A stretch of DNA of 63,192 nt, counting the filler, from Chiloscyllium plagiosum (Eukaryota), in assembly GCF_004010195.1 (NCBI RefSeq). It is 4 parts of one record of this genome, joined end to end, with 100 filler letters (N's around TTAATTAATTAA, not from the genome) between each part and the next. Parts side by side here need not be neighbours in the genome. Positions count along the whole stretch, not along the records: positions 1 to 21,224 come from NC_057712.1; positions 21,325 to 35,100 come from NC_057712.1; 2 more parts are not named here. One strand, 5' to 3'. Of this stretch, positions 12,884 to 22,875 are shown piece by piece. Both the position numbers and the translations under genes were made by a program. Each line of letters starts with the position of its first letter. The first letter of the stretch is position 1. The notes below the pieces were generated by a model. It made no database searches and was not told where the DNA came from. It saw only the letters and a program-made list of their open reading frames with translations.

Positions 12884-13483
12884 TTCCCTTTATTGGTCAG
12901 AATATTGAGTACAGGCATTGGGAGGTCATGTTGCGGCTGTACAGGATGTTGGTTAGGCCACTTTTGGAATATTGTGTGCAAATCTGGTCTCTCTCCTATT
13001 AGAAGGATTTGTGAAACTTGAAAGGGTTCAGAAAAGATTTACAAGGATGTTGCCAGGGTTAGAGGGTTTGAGCTAGAGGGAGAGGCTGAATAAACTGGGG
13101 CTGTTTCCTTGGAGCATCGGAGGTTGAGGGGTGACCTTATAGAGGTTTGTAAAATCCTGAGGGGCATGGAGAGGGTAAATAGACAAAGTCTTTTCTCTGG
13201 ATTGGAGGAGTTTAAGATGAGAAGGGAAAAATTTTAAAGGAACCTAAGGGGTGATTTTTTTTCACACAGAGGGTGGTGCGTATATGGAATGAGCTGCCAG
13301 AGGAGGTGGTGGAAGCTGGTACAATTACATCATTTAAAAGGCATCTGGATGGATATATGAATAAGAAGGGTTTAGAGAGATATGCAAGTACTGGCAAATG
13401 GGATTACATTAGATTAGGATATCTGGTTGGCATGGCCAAGTTGGACCAAAGAGTCTGTTTCCCTGCTGTACATCTCTCTGATT
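12884..13483 (+). mobile_element. CR1 LINE 3' fragment
   Basis: LVRPLLEYCVQ.W, ERVQKRFTRML, WNELPEEVVEAG. Confidence 0.9.
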
Positions 13484-13702
13484 CTATCATGGAAAAAGTG
13501 ACGAGCAAAGTTATGGTGGAACAACAGGGGTTCATATGAAAGTATGCTTAAAGAATGGAGATAGAAGCTGTTGTGAAGACATTATAATATAGAAAGGAAA
13601 TATTTGGGTAATGATACCTCCAAATATCAGAGAGTGGGAAACATCAGAATCTCACAGTGCAGAAGGAGGACATTCAGCCCATCGTTTCTGTTCTGGCTCG
13701 TC

Positions 13703-14357
13703 AATGAAGAAGGCATTTGGTATGTTTTCCTTTATTCATCAGAGCATTGAGTACAGAGGTTGGGAGGTCATGTTGCGGCTGTACAGGACATTATTTAGGC
13801 CACTTTTGGAATATTGCGTGCAATTCTGGTCTCCGTCCTATTGGAAGGATGTTGTGAAACTTGAAAGGGTTCAGAAAAGATTTACAAGGATGTTGTCAGG
13901 GTTGGAGGATTTGAGCTATAGGGAGAGGTTGAATAGGCTGGGGCTGTTTTCCCTGGAGCATCGGAGGCTCAGGGGGTGACCTTATTAGAGGTTTATAAAA
14001 TCATGAGGGGCATGGATAGGATAAATCGACAAGGTCTTTTCCCTGGGGTAGGGGAGACAAGAACTTAGAGGGCATAGGCTTAGAGTTAGAAGGGAATAAT
14101 TTAAAAGGGACCTAAGGGGTGCTTTTTTCATGCACAGGATGGTGCGTGTATGGAATGAGCTGCCAGAGGAAGTTGTGGAGGCTGGTACAATAACAACATA
14201 TAAAAGACATTTGGATGGGAATATGAATATGAAAGGTTTGGGGCATGTGCAAGTGCTGGCAGATGGGATAAGATTGGGTTGGGATATCTGGTCGACATTG
14301 ACGAGTTGGACCGAAGGGTCTGTTTTCATGCTGTACACCTCTATCACTCTATGACAC
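13703..14357 (+). mobile_element. CR1 LINE 3' fragment
   Basis: KKAFGMFSFI..RPLLEYCVQFWSP..ERVQKRFTRML; tail ctctatgac. Confidence 0.9.
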
Positions 14358-14454
14358 TAAAAGAGCTGTTCCATTTATCCCATTCCACTCAATTGTTTCC
14401 CTCAGTTTTATTGATTTGATTTTATTGTCACCTGTACTTCAGTATAGGAGTCCA

Positions 14455-14797
14455 GAGGAAGGTCGCTCAGTGGTTAACACTGCTGCTTCACAGTGCCAGG
14501 GATCTGGGTTCGATTCCAGCCTCGGTGACTGCCTGTGTGGAGTTTGCACATTCTCCCCGTTTCTGCATGGGTTTCCTCTGGGTGCTCCGGTTTCCTCCCA
14601 CAATCCAAAGATGTACAGGTTAGGTGAATTAGCCATGCTAAATTGCCCATAGTGTTCAGGGATGTGTTGGTTAGGTCTATTAGTGTGGGGTAAGTGTAGG
14701 GTAATAGGGTAGGGGAATGGGTTTAGGTGGGATAGTCTTCAGAAGTTCTGTGTGGACTTGCTGGGCTGAAGGGCCTGTTTCCACACTGTAGGGATTC
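14455..14797 (+). mobile_element. HE1-type V-SINE, inserted into a minus-strand Rex1-tailed repeat (14410-14860)
   Basis: Homologous to 4642-4992; left flank ttttattgtcac is the reversed gtgacaataaa tail. Confidence 0.9.
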
Positions 14798-15894
14798 AAT
14801 GAAATGAAATGTTGCCACACAAGGCACTCTTTGGTACAAGTGCCTAGGTGCAACAATGATTGTGCTTCCAAAGTACTTACTTGGTTAGGAGTTCTGGGAA
14901 CATCCCGTGGTCATAAACAGTATTCAGAGAATGAAAGAACAGTTCTTGGATGGGTAGACTTGACAATGTGGGCAAAACATTGATCGCTGTCATTATTTTA
15001 CCTGAAAAATTCTCAGTCCACTAAATATAAAAATAAAATTTGACAAGTGCTAGGTGGTTCCACACTTGCCCCACTCCAGCACTGTGGTGGTCTTCCTGCA
15101 GGCTGTCCCAAATGATGTTGTTGGGACCTTTAATGGAAAGAGACAGGAAAAGTAGGATGAGATCCCACTCCCTCAGCAAAGCTCCACAGTCTGAATTGGA
15201 ATGAGGGAAGGGGGTAGTTTGCTGAGACCGAGAGTTTTATTTATAGAAACCTTACAGCCAGAAATAAAAAAGATGATTTTGGTTCATGCCGTCTCAAAGG
15301 AATTCAATCCTTGACCCAGAGCTAACCCAATCTGCAATCTACATTTAATTTAAAAGGTTTTAGTGTGGGCTGAATTAAATTACATTGCACCTTTAAAAAT
15401 AAGTCTCTTCTAACCAGTGGCATGAGTAATAGAAACTGTAGAATGATGGCTGGCTGTCTATCTATAAATTGGAATTAATAGTGTACTGCATTTGCATGAA
15501 GAAATGTTCATGAATTGAAATCAGGGACAGTAACTTAAAATGGATTAAATTGTGTTGTATAAATCTGACTCTCAGCAGGTAAAGGATGCATGAGTCATTT
15601 CCGTAGACAGAAGACCCTATCTTCACTTGCAGGCCCTTAGGGGAGTGTTGCATCATTCAGATTGAATTTTTGCAGACACAACAGCAGGAGGCTTCTTTCA
15701 GACAGTCAGGGAATATGCAAGGCCCATAGAAGAGCTGAAAAAATTCCCATCAGAGGATAAATTTTCTCCATTCATCTTGATGGCCTTTGCATTCTATTTA
15801 ATCAAAGCAGAGTGATTGTAAAAGAGAGAAAGACAGGGAAGGATTTGCAATTCAAGGCAGCAATTTGATTCTTTAGGCGTGGGATTCTACTTCC

Positions 15895-17100
15895 CAGGGT
15901 AGGGGTCTCCCAGCCTGGTGTGGGGGTCTCTCAGCCCAGTGTGGGGGTCTCTCAGCCCAGTGTGGGGGTCTCTCAGCCCAGTGTGGGGGTCTCCCAGCCT
16001 GGTGTGGGGGTCTCTCAGCCCAGTGTGGGGGTCTCTCAGCCCTGGACTCTCAGTCCGGATTGGCAGTCTGTCAGCCTGACATGGCGATCTCTTGGCCCGG
16101 ACTCTCACTCTGGTGTAGCGGACTCTCGGCCCGGTGTGGCAGTATCTCAACCCTGCTCTTGGGCAGGGGACTCAGCCTGGCATGGCAGATGCTTAGCCCG
16201 GTGTGGCCGACCCTCAGTTTGGTATGGCAGTCACTCGTTTTGGCAGATTCTCGATCCAGCGCGGCAGTCTCTAGGCTTGACATGGCAGTCTGTGATGTGG
16301 CAGACTCTCAGACAATCAACATGGATGATTCTCACCAGCATGGTGGTCTCTTGGTCCGGAGTGGCTGTCTTTCAGCCTGGCTTGGCAGACCCTTGGCTCA
16401 GTGTGACAGACTCTTAATCCCTGGTGCGGCTGATTCTTGCCAGCATGATGGACTCTTGGTCTAGTGTGGCGGACGCTCACTTCAACGTGGCGTTCTCTTA
16501 GATCCCTGCTTGGCTGATTGCCAGGAGCTTGGTGGACACTCGGCCCACTCCTGTGGTCTCTCAAAGACTGGTGTGGCAGACTCTCATCTTGCTGTGGCAG
16601 AGTTTTAGTCCAGAATGGTGGACTGTTGGTGCAGCGAGGTTGACTTTCAGCTAACGCGGTGGTCTTTCAGCTTGGCATGACGGTCTCTCAGCCCAGTGTG
16701 GGGGTCTCTCAACCTGGTGTGGGGGTCTCAGCCCGGTGTGGGGGTCTCAGCCCGGTGTGGGGGTCTCTCAACCTGGGGCGGGGGTTTCTCAGCCCAGTGT
16801 GAGGGTCTCTTGGCCCATGTGGGAATCTCTCAGCCAGGCGTGTGGGGGTCTCTCGGCCTGATGTGGGGGTCTCTCAGCCCAGGGTGGGGGTCTCTCAGCC
16901 TGGAGTGGGGATCTCTCAGCCCAGGGTGGGGGTCTCTCAGCCTGGAGTGGGGGTTTCTCGACCCGACCTGAAGTCCCTTGGTCCAGCATGGTAATCTATC
17001 AGCCCATCGTAGTGATTTGTCAGCCCAGCATGGGGTTCTTGCGGCCTGGTGTAGTAGTCTCTCAATCCGGCCTGGCAATCTCTCAGCTCCAGGTAGTCTT
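15895..17100. repeat. ~21-bp G-rich minisatellite (CTCAGCCCAGTGTGGGGGTCT), homogeneous ends and degenerate middle
   Basis: Near-perfect units at 15895-16045 and 16680-16960; diverged ggtgtggcagactctc units between them; ORFs show 7-aa periodicity. Confidence 0.9.
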
Positions 17101-17157
17101 TAGGCCTAGTGTCGACTTCCAGTTCCAAAGCAGTCTCCCGGCCTCCAAGAGGTGAAA

Positions 17158-17368
17158 GTCGAAAAGTGCAGCGCTGGAAAAGCACAGCTGGTTAGGCAGC
17201 ATCCGAGAAGCAGGAGAATCGATGTTTCGAGCATAAGATTCCTGATGAAGAGTTTATGCTCAAAACGTCGACTCTCCTGCTCCTTGGATGCTGCCTGACT
17301 TGCTGCGCTTTTCCAGTGCTGCACTTTTTAACTCTGATCTCCAGCATCTGCAGACCACACTTTCTCTC
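17158..17368. mobile_element. PLE-derived inverted terminal-repeat pair (family A) with 10-bp TSD
   Basis: Left arm is the reverse complement of the right arm; AGAGGTGAAA at 17148-17157 and 17369-17378. Confidence 0.85.
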
Positions 17369-17675
17369 AGAGGTGAAACCCAGTGCAGTCTGGAACCAAG
17401 ACCTTGTGCAGACTGGAGACTAGGTGCCAGCGTGGATTGGGTAGGAAGGACAGCAGTTGTGAACTTTTTATTTCTCTTTTTTTTATTTATTCCAACAATC
17501 TGCAACGCTGGACTTTGTATCTCATTATGTTTCCAGTTTTGTCCAAAGAACTTGTACTGAAGAATCTACACGTAGGCATCTTGTGCCTAAAGTGGTGCCA
17601 TGAACAATGATGTAAACGTTTCACTGCAGTAAATAAAACAATAAAACTAATTCATTCATGCATGTGGTCATGCTA

Positions 17676-17745
17676 TGTGTGTGTGTGTGTGTGTGTGTGT
17701 GTCTGTGCCTCTGTGTGTGTGTGTGTGTGTCTGTGTGTGTATGTA
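17676..17745. repeat. (TG)n microsatellite
   Basis: Direct. Confidence 0.95.
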
Positions 17746-18339
17746 TCAGTGGGTGAACATATCAGTAAGTGAGCATGTGTACACAGAATAGGTGTGTGAA
17801 ATGTGTGGAAATGTGAGTGGGTGTATGTGAGCATAAGTTTGGATGAGAGTGCATGGAACTGACTTTCAATACTGAGGCAGGCAGCTGGAGTCAGGAAATC
17901 ATTCCACTTTGTGGACATGCCTCATTTGACAATAACTTGACAGTCCCAATTTTCTGTCCAGGGAAGGAGACCATGTAGAATCGGGACCTCTGACTCCCAG
18001 ACACAAATTGAAGGTCAACATGGGGTGGGTGGATGCCTGACCAAAAGGCCTGCCTCAGTTCTCTAAGACTCTGTCTCCATTTTTCTGGTCATTTTTAAGG
18101 TGTCTAGCCCTAACGCACCATGAACACCTTCCCCCCACCATTCTCCACACCACTTCCATGCCCCTAAACTGGCTTAATACTAACTCATGCCCCCATCCTT
18201 TGCCAGTGGTTGCTTTGCTAAGTGTGTGTGTCTGTGTGTGTGTGAGTGAGAGACAGAGAGAGAGATTATATATATGCGTGAGAAAGAGAGTTGGGTGTGA
18301 GAAAGAGAGAGAGGTTGTGGGCACGTATGTGTGCATGCG

Positions 18340-18645
18340 AATGTGTGTGTGTGAGTAAAATTGTCCTGTGTCTGTGTGTGCCTGTGTCTGTGTGTGCCTG
18401 TGTCTGTGTGTGCCTGTGTCTGTGTGTGCCTGTGTCTGTGTGTGCCTGTGTCTGTGTGTGCCTGTGTCTGTGTGTGCCTGTGTCTGTGTGTGCCTGTGTG
18501 TATGCGTGTGTGTGTGTGTCTGTGCCTGTGTGTGTCTGTGTGTATGTGTGTATATTTGTGTCTGTGTCTGTGTGTGTATCTGTGCCTGTGTGTGTGTGTG
18601 TCTGTGTATATGTGTGTGTGTGTGCACGTGTGTGTGCGTGTGTGA
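18340..18645. repeat. TG-rich array with 16-bp unit TGTCTGTGTGTGCCTG
   Basis: About 8 near-perfect units at 18367-18500, decaying into (TG)n. Confidence 0.9.
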
Positions 18646-18689
18646 CAGATGATTGCCTATCTCAGTGGATGTGTGCATGTTTGAGGATA

Positions 18690-19125
18690 ATATCACGAAA
18701 TGATAAAATGGTTCCTTTGCAAAAGAAGGTCACTCAGATCCTCTTGTTTGTGTTGAAGCAATTCAGCTTGGACTACTCCCCTGCCTTTTCCCAACAGCTC
18801 TGCAATTTCTGTCTTTTTCAGATAATGATCCAACTCCCTTTTGAAACCTTTGATTGAACTTGATTCCATCACAGTCTCAGGCAGCTCACTCAATCCTGAC
18901 CATGAAGGTTTCTCCTCCATCTCCATTGCCGCTTTTATCAATTACGTTAAAGTTGTGAACTCCAGATCTCTGTGATACTCTCCAGTGGGAACAGTTTCTC
19001 CCTGCTTCTACACTGTCCAGCCTCCTGTTCATTTTGACAAACCTCTATCAACTCTCTCTTAAAACCTCTCCCTTCCAAGCAAAATAGTCTGAATGTCTCC
19101 ACACTATCTTCATAACAGAAGTGCC
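18690..19125 (-). mobile_element. Old CR1 LINE 3' fragment
   Basis: [25 protein letters not shown] in minus ORF 18693..18941. Confidence 0.7.
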
Positions 19126-20509
19126 TGTTTATAATTCATCCATGGGACATTAGTGTCACTGGTTAGACCAACATTTATTGCCCGTCAGGCAGTTAAGAAT
19201 CGACCACATTGTTGTGGGTCTGGGGTGAAAGGTAGCCTAGACCAGGTAAGGATAGTGGATTTCCCTCCATTAAGGGCATGAGTGAACCAGATTGGGTTTA
19301 TTTTTCTTTATTGGGGTTTGTGGCAATCGAAAATGGTTAGATGGCCACTGTCAAGCTGGCTTTTAATTCCAGATATTTCTAAATGAATGTGAATACTATC
19401 AATTTCCATGTTCTCAGAACATTAGCCTGGTGTTCTGTGCTACCACTTCACTGGCATGACTGCTACAGTGCCACGTGGCCATACCATGCTCATTGCTTGA
19501 TACCATTCCTTTGTAAATCCTTTCTGAATGGTCTTCGAAATCTTTACATCCTTCCTAAAGTGTGATCCACAGAATTTGATTAAACGAAAAATCCAGTTGA
19601 AGCTGAATTGAGCCCAAGTGATAAATGTTTGCAATAAAGTTGTTACCTCACTCATGTTTCACTGCGTGGCTGATCGAAGCTCAAGGAACTCTCTACTGAG
19701 TCCTTTATCAGGTGAACACTTCTGCCTAATGCGGTATACACTGACCAATTGAATATTACCTAAACAGACATCTGAGACAGCAGTACAAAGAGATTAGTGT
19801 AAATGGAATTAGTAGCAATGCAATCTGTTTAACCCTTTTCTGACATTTCCCCATGATGCTGTATGTCTACGGTGTATACATTCTAGTCAGGTGTCTCAGA
19901 TGTGACCCACTTTCCTTCGCTCTCCTGCATTTTGGATCATGGACTTGTGGAACTCTGCACCGGCTCCTCAAACTTTTAACCTGTTTGAAGAATCAGTCAT
20001 GGAATCAATCTGCCGGTTCTGTAAATGCACGAACTGTCAGTCCTCGCCTTCTCCCCCACAGCCCTGCACATTCTGTCTAATCATCCAATTTCCTCATGAA
20101 AACCTTAACAGAACCTCATTGTGCAACAGATCCTAACAACGAAAAGTATGCTTTTCCTCATGTCACCATTCCTGATTTTTTATTAGCATAAATCTGTGCC
20201 TTCTAATTCTCTAAGCTTCTACCTATAAGAACAGCTTCTCTCTAATTACTCAGTCCAGATGTCTCACCATTTTGATCACCTCCATCAAACCATGTCTCAA
20301 TCTCCTGTTCTCCAAAGAGAACAGACCTAGCTTCTCTAATCCTTCTTTGTTACTGAACTTCATCATTCATTTAGGAACTGCTCTGTCAAACTGATCCAAA
20401 CTTTTTATGGATGTATGCATCCCTCCGCTTTTGCACCCATTTTAGAACTGTAACCTTTATCTTATAGTGTCCACACTCTTCTTACCCAAGTTAATCATTC
20501 CGCACTTAA

Positions 20510-20916
20510 GACCATATGATGTAGGAACAGAAGTAGGCCATTCAGCCCATCAAGTCTGCTCCACCACTCAATGAGATCATGGCTGATCTGATAATCCTCA
20601 CCTCCACTTTCCTGCCTTTTCCCAATAACCTTTGATTCTCATTACTGGTTAGGAATCTGTCTATCTCAGCTGTCGGTGGTAAAGAATTCAACAGATTTCC
20701 AATGTTCTGAGAAGAAACTCTTCTTCAACTCTACTCTAACTGGGTGAGTCTTTGCTCTGATATTATACCCTCTGATCCTAACCTGTCCCACAAGCTGAAA
20801 TGACCTTTTGCACCTGCCTTATCAAGTCCCCTAAGAACCCTGTCTATTTCAATAAGGTCATCACCCATTTGCCCAATCTCCAATGAGTACAGACCCAACC
20901 TACTCAGCTTCTCCTC
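20510..20916 (-). mobile_element. CR1 LINE 3' fragment (older CR1 pieces also ~19880-20500)
   Basis: EEKLSRLGLYSLE..GDDLIE..VLRGLDK; taagaccata tail reversed. Confidence 0.8.
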
Positions 20917-21047
20917 ATGATTTGGAGATGCCGGTGTTGGACTGGGGTGTACAAAGTTTAAAATCACACAACACCAGGTTATAGTCCAACAGGTTTAATT
21001 GGAAGTACACTAGCTTTCAGAGCGACGGTCCTTCATCAGGTGATTGT
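20917..21047 (-). mobile_element. PLE terminal-repeat insertion (family C)
   Basis: Minus strand acaatcacCTGATGAaggaccgtcgctctGAAAGCTAgtg...ccaattaaacctgttggactataacctgg. Confidence 0.75.
21008..21042 (-). ncRNA. Minimal type I hammerhead ribozyme motif
   Basis: Helix I CAC/GUG, core CUGAUGA, imperfect helix II, GAAA, palindromic AGCU helix III, CUA cleavage triplet. Confidence 0.55.
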
Positions 21048-21224
21048 TAAATGGAAGAAGGCAGCCTATGTAAAGATGAGGCGTGAAGGTTCAATTGGGG
21101 CGATTGAGAGTTATAAGGTAGCCAGGAAGGACCTGAAGAGAGAGCTAAGAGCAGCAAGGAGGGGACATGAAAGGTCCTTAGTTGGTAGGATTAGGGAAAC
21201 CCCTAAGGCTTTCTATAGGTATGT
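21044..21224 (+). mobile_element. CR1 ORF2 fragment, young subfamily
   Basis: YKVARKDLKRELRAARRGHE..PKAFYRY; near-identical to reverse complement of ~35276-35453. Confidence 0.85.
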
Positions 21225-21324
21225 NNNNNNNNNNNNNNNNNNNNNNNNNNNNNNNNNNNNNNNNNNNNTTAATTAATTAANNNNNNNNNNNNNNNNNNNN
21301 NNNNNNNNNNNNNNNNNNNNNNNN
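21225..21324. other. 100-nt scaffold spacer N44-TTAATTAATTAA-N44 (also 35101-35200, 55902-56001)
   Basis: Identical six-frame stop linker at 21269-21280, 35145-35156 and 55946-55957. Confidence 0.97.
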
Positions 21325-21730
21325 CTGTTCTAAGAATCCATCTCTGAGGCACTCCACATAGTCAAAGTCTCTTTCTTGTGGCCCAAACTGATTCTCCCAG
21401 TCTACCTGCATGTTAAAATCCCCCATAACAACTGTAGTGACATCTTTGCGACAGGCCAATTTCAGCTCCTGATTTAACTTACATCCGACATCCAGACTAC
21501 TGTTTGGGGGCCTGTAGATGACTCCCAAGAGGGTCTTTTTACCCTTAGTATTTCGAAGCTCTATCCACACTGACTCTACATCCCCTGACACTAGGTCCCC
21601 CCGCTCAAGGGACTGAATATCATCCCTTACTAACAAGACCACCCCACCCCCTCTGCCCGTCAGTCTGTCCTTACGATCACACATGTATCCTTGAATATTC
21701 ATTTCCCAGACCCTGTCCACTTGAAACCAT
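21325..21730 (-). mobile_element. CR1 ORF2 apurinic-type endonuclease fragment
   Basis: RKDR..RGGGV, GVIYRPPN, VVMGDFN. Confidence 0.9.
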
Positions 21731-21879
21731 ACAGGACTGACTGAAGTCAAAATTACTTGTGATTTCTGTCCATTACAGACCTAATTTAATCCCAGAGACA
21801 GTGTAAAATCGATCAATCTGCAACTTTTCATGTCTAAGTACGTATTCAATTCTTTTTGGAGAGCTCTTATCAAATGCAT

Positions 21880-22100
21880 GGGAATCGGTTTAGCTCAGTT
21901 GGCTGGACTGTTGGTTTACAGAGCAGTGTGATGCCAACAGTGTGGGTTCTAATTCCCATCACTGGTTTGAGGTTACCATGAAGGACTCTGCTTCTCAACC
22001 TCTTCCCTTGCTTGAGGTCTGGTAGCCCTCAGGTTAAATCACCATTGGTCGCTTCTCTCTAAGAGAGCTGCCCCTGTGGTCTGGTAAGACTACGATGATA
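21880..22100 (+). mobile_element. tRNA-derived SINE, unclassified (related 35520-35655 +, 43160-43335 -, 51275-51370 +)
   Basis: tagctcagttggctgg A box, gggttctaattccc B box, shared gaggttaccatgaagg body. Confidence 0.65.
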
Positions 22101-22599
22101 CATCAACATTGAATGTGCATCCTCTATTTTTCCAGAAAGTGTAGTTCAGACCATAGCCATATGTTAAACTACATATATGTATTTACATAAGTGACAAGAT
22201 CAGAGACAGGACATTTCGAAGAATGCTTAAGACGTACAACTGGTTCCTCAGAAATAGAATAACATTGAACCTCCACCACGCACACAGGCCATTAGCATTC
22301 TTAATCCCTTATGTATGAATCAGCCCTCTCTAATGCCTCAGTGCTTTCTACACTACCCACTCCATTTGACAGCGAGTTCTAACTTCTCACTACAATCTCT
22401 ACATAGAAATTTCTCCTAAACTCTTTGTTTGTGTCAAACTTACATTCTGGGCCCCTCATTGTGGGCTCACCAACAATGCAAACTATTTCCTCATGTTCTC
22501 TCAATTGAGTCACTTCATAATTTAAATCCTGCTGTCATGCCTCCTGATAGGAGAAAAAGAATAGGGTTTCTGATAATCACAAATACTTTAGAAGTACTT

Positions 22600-22875
22600 T
22601 ACACATTAACAGCACAGAGGTGGAATGATGGAGTGTGTCAAGCTCCTGGGAGTGCTCATCCACAACAAGCTTTCTTGGACTCTTCATGTGGATGCACTGG
22701 TTACAAAGGCCCAACAATGACTCTTCTTCCTCAGACATCTGAGGAAATTTGGCATGACAGCGAATACCCTTGCCAACTTTTATAGGTGCGCCATCGAGAG
22801 CATTATGTCTGGATGTATCACTACCCAGTATGGCAACGGTACCATTCAAAATTGGAGACGGTTACAGAGAGTGGT
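22600..22875 (+). mobile_element. Rex1/Babar LINE ORF C-terminal fragment
   Basis: KLLGVLIHNKLSWT.HVDALVTKAQQ.LFFLR.LRKFG..NFYRCAIESIMSGCIT.QYGN. Confidence 0.85.

Noticed and set aside
18055..18857. Cys/Val- and His/Thr-rich ORFs
   Set aside because: Translations of the TG microsatellite.
21269..21280. TTAATTAATTAA palindrome recurring three times
   Set aside because: Always centred in 44+44 Ns; an artificial six-frame stop linker.
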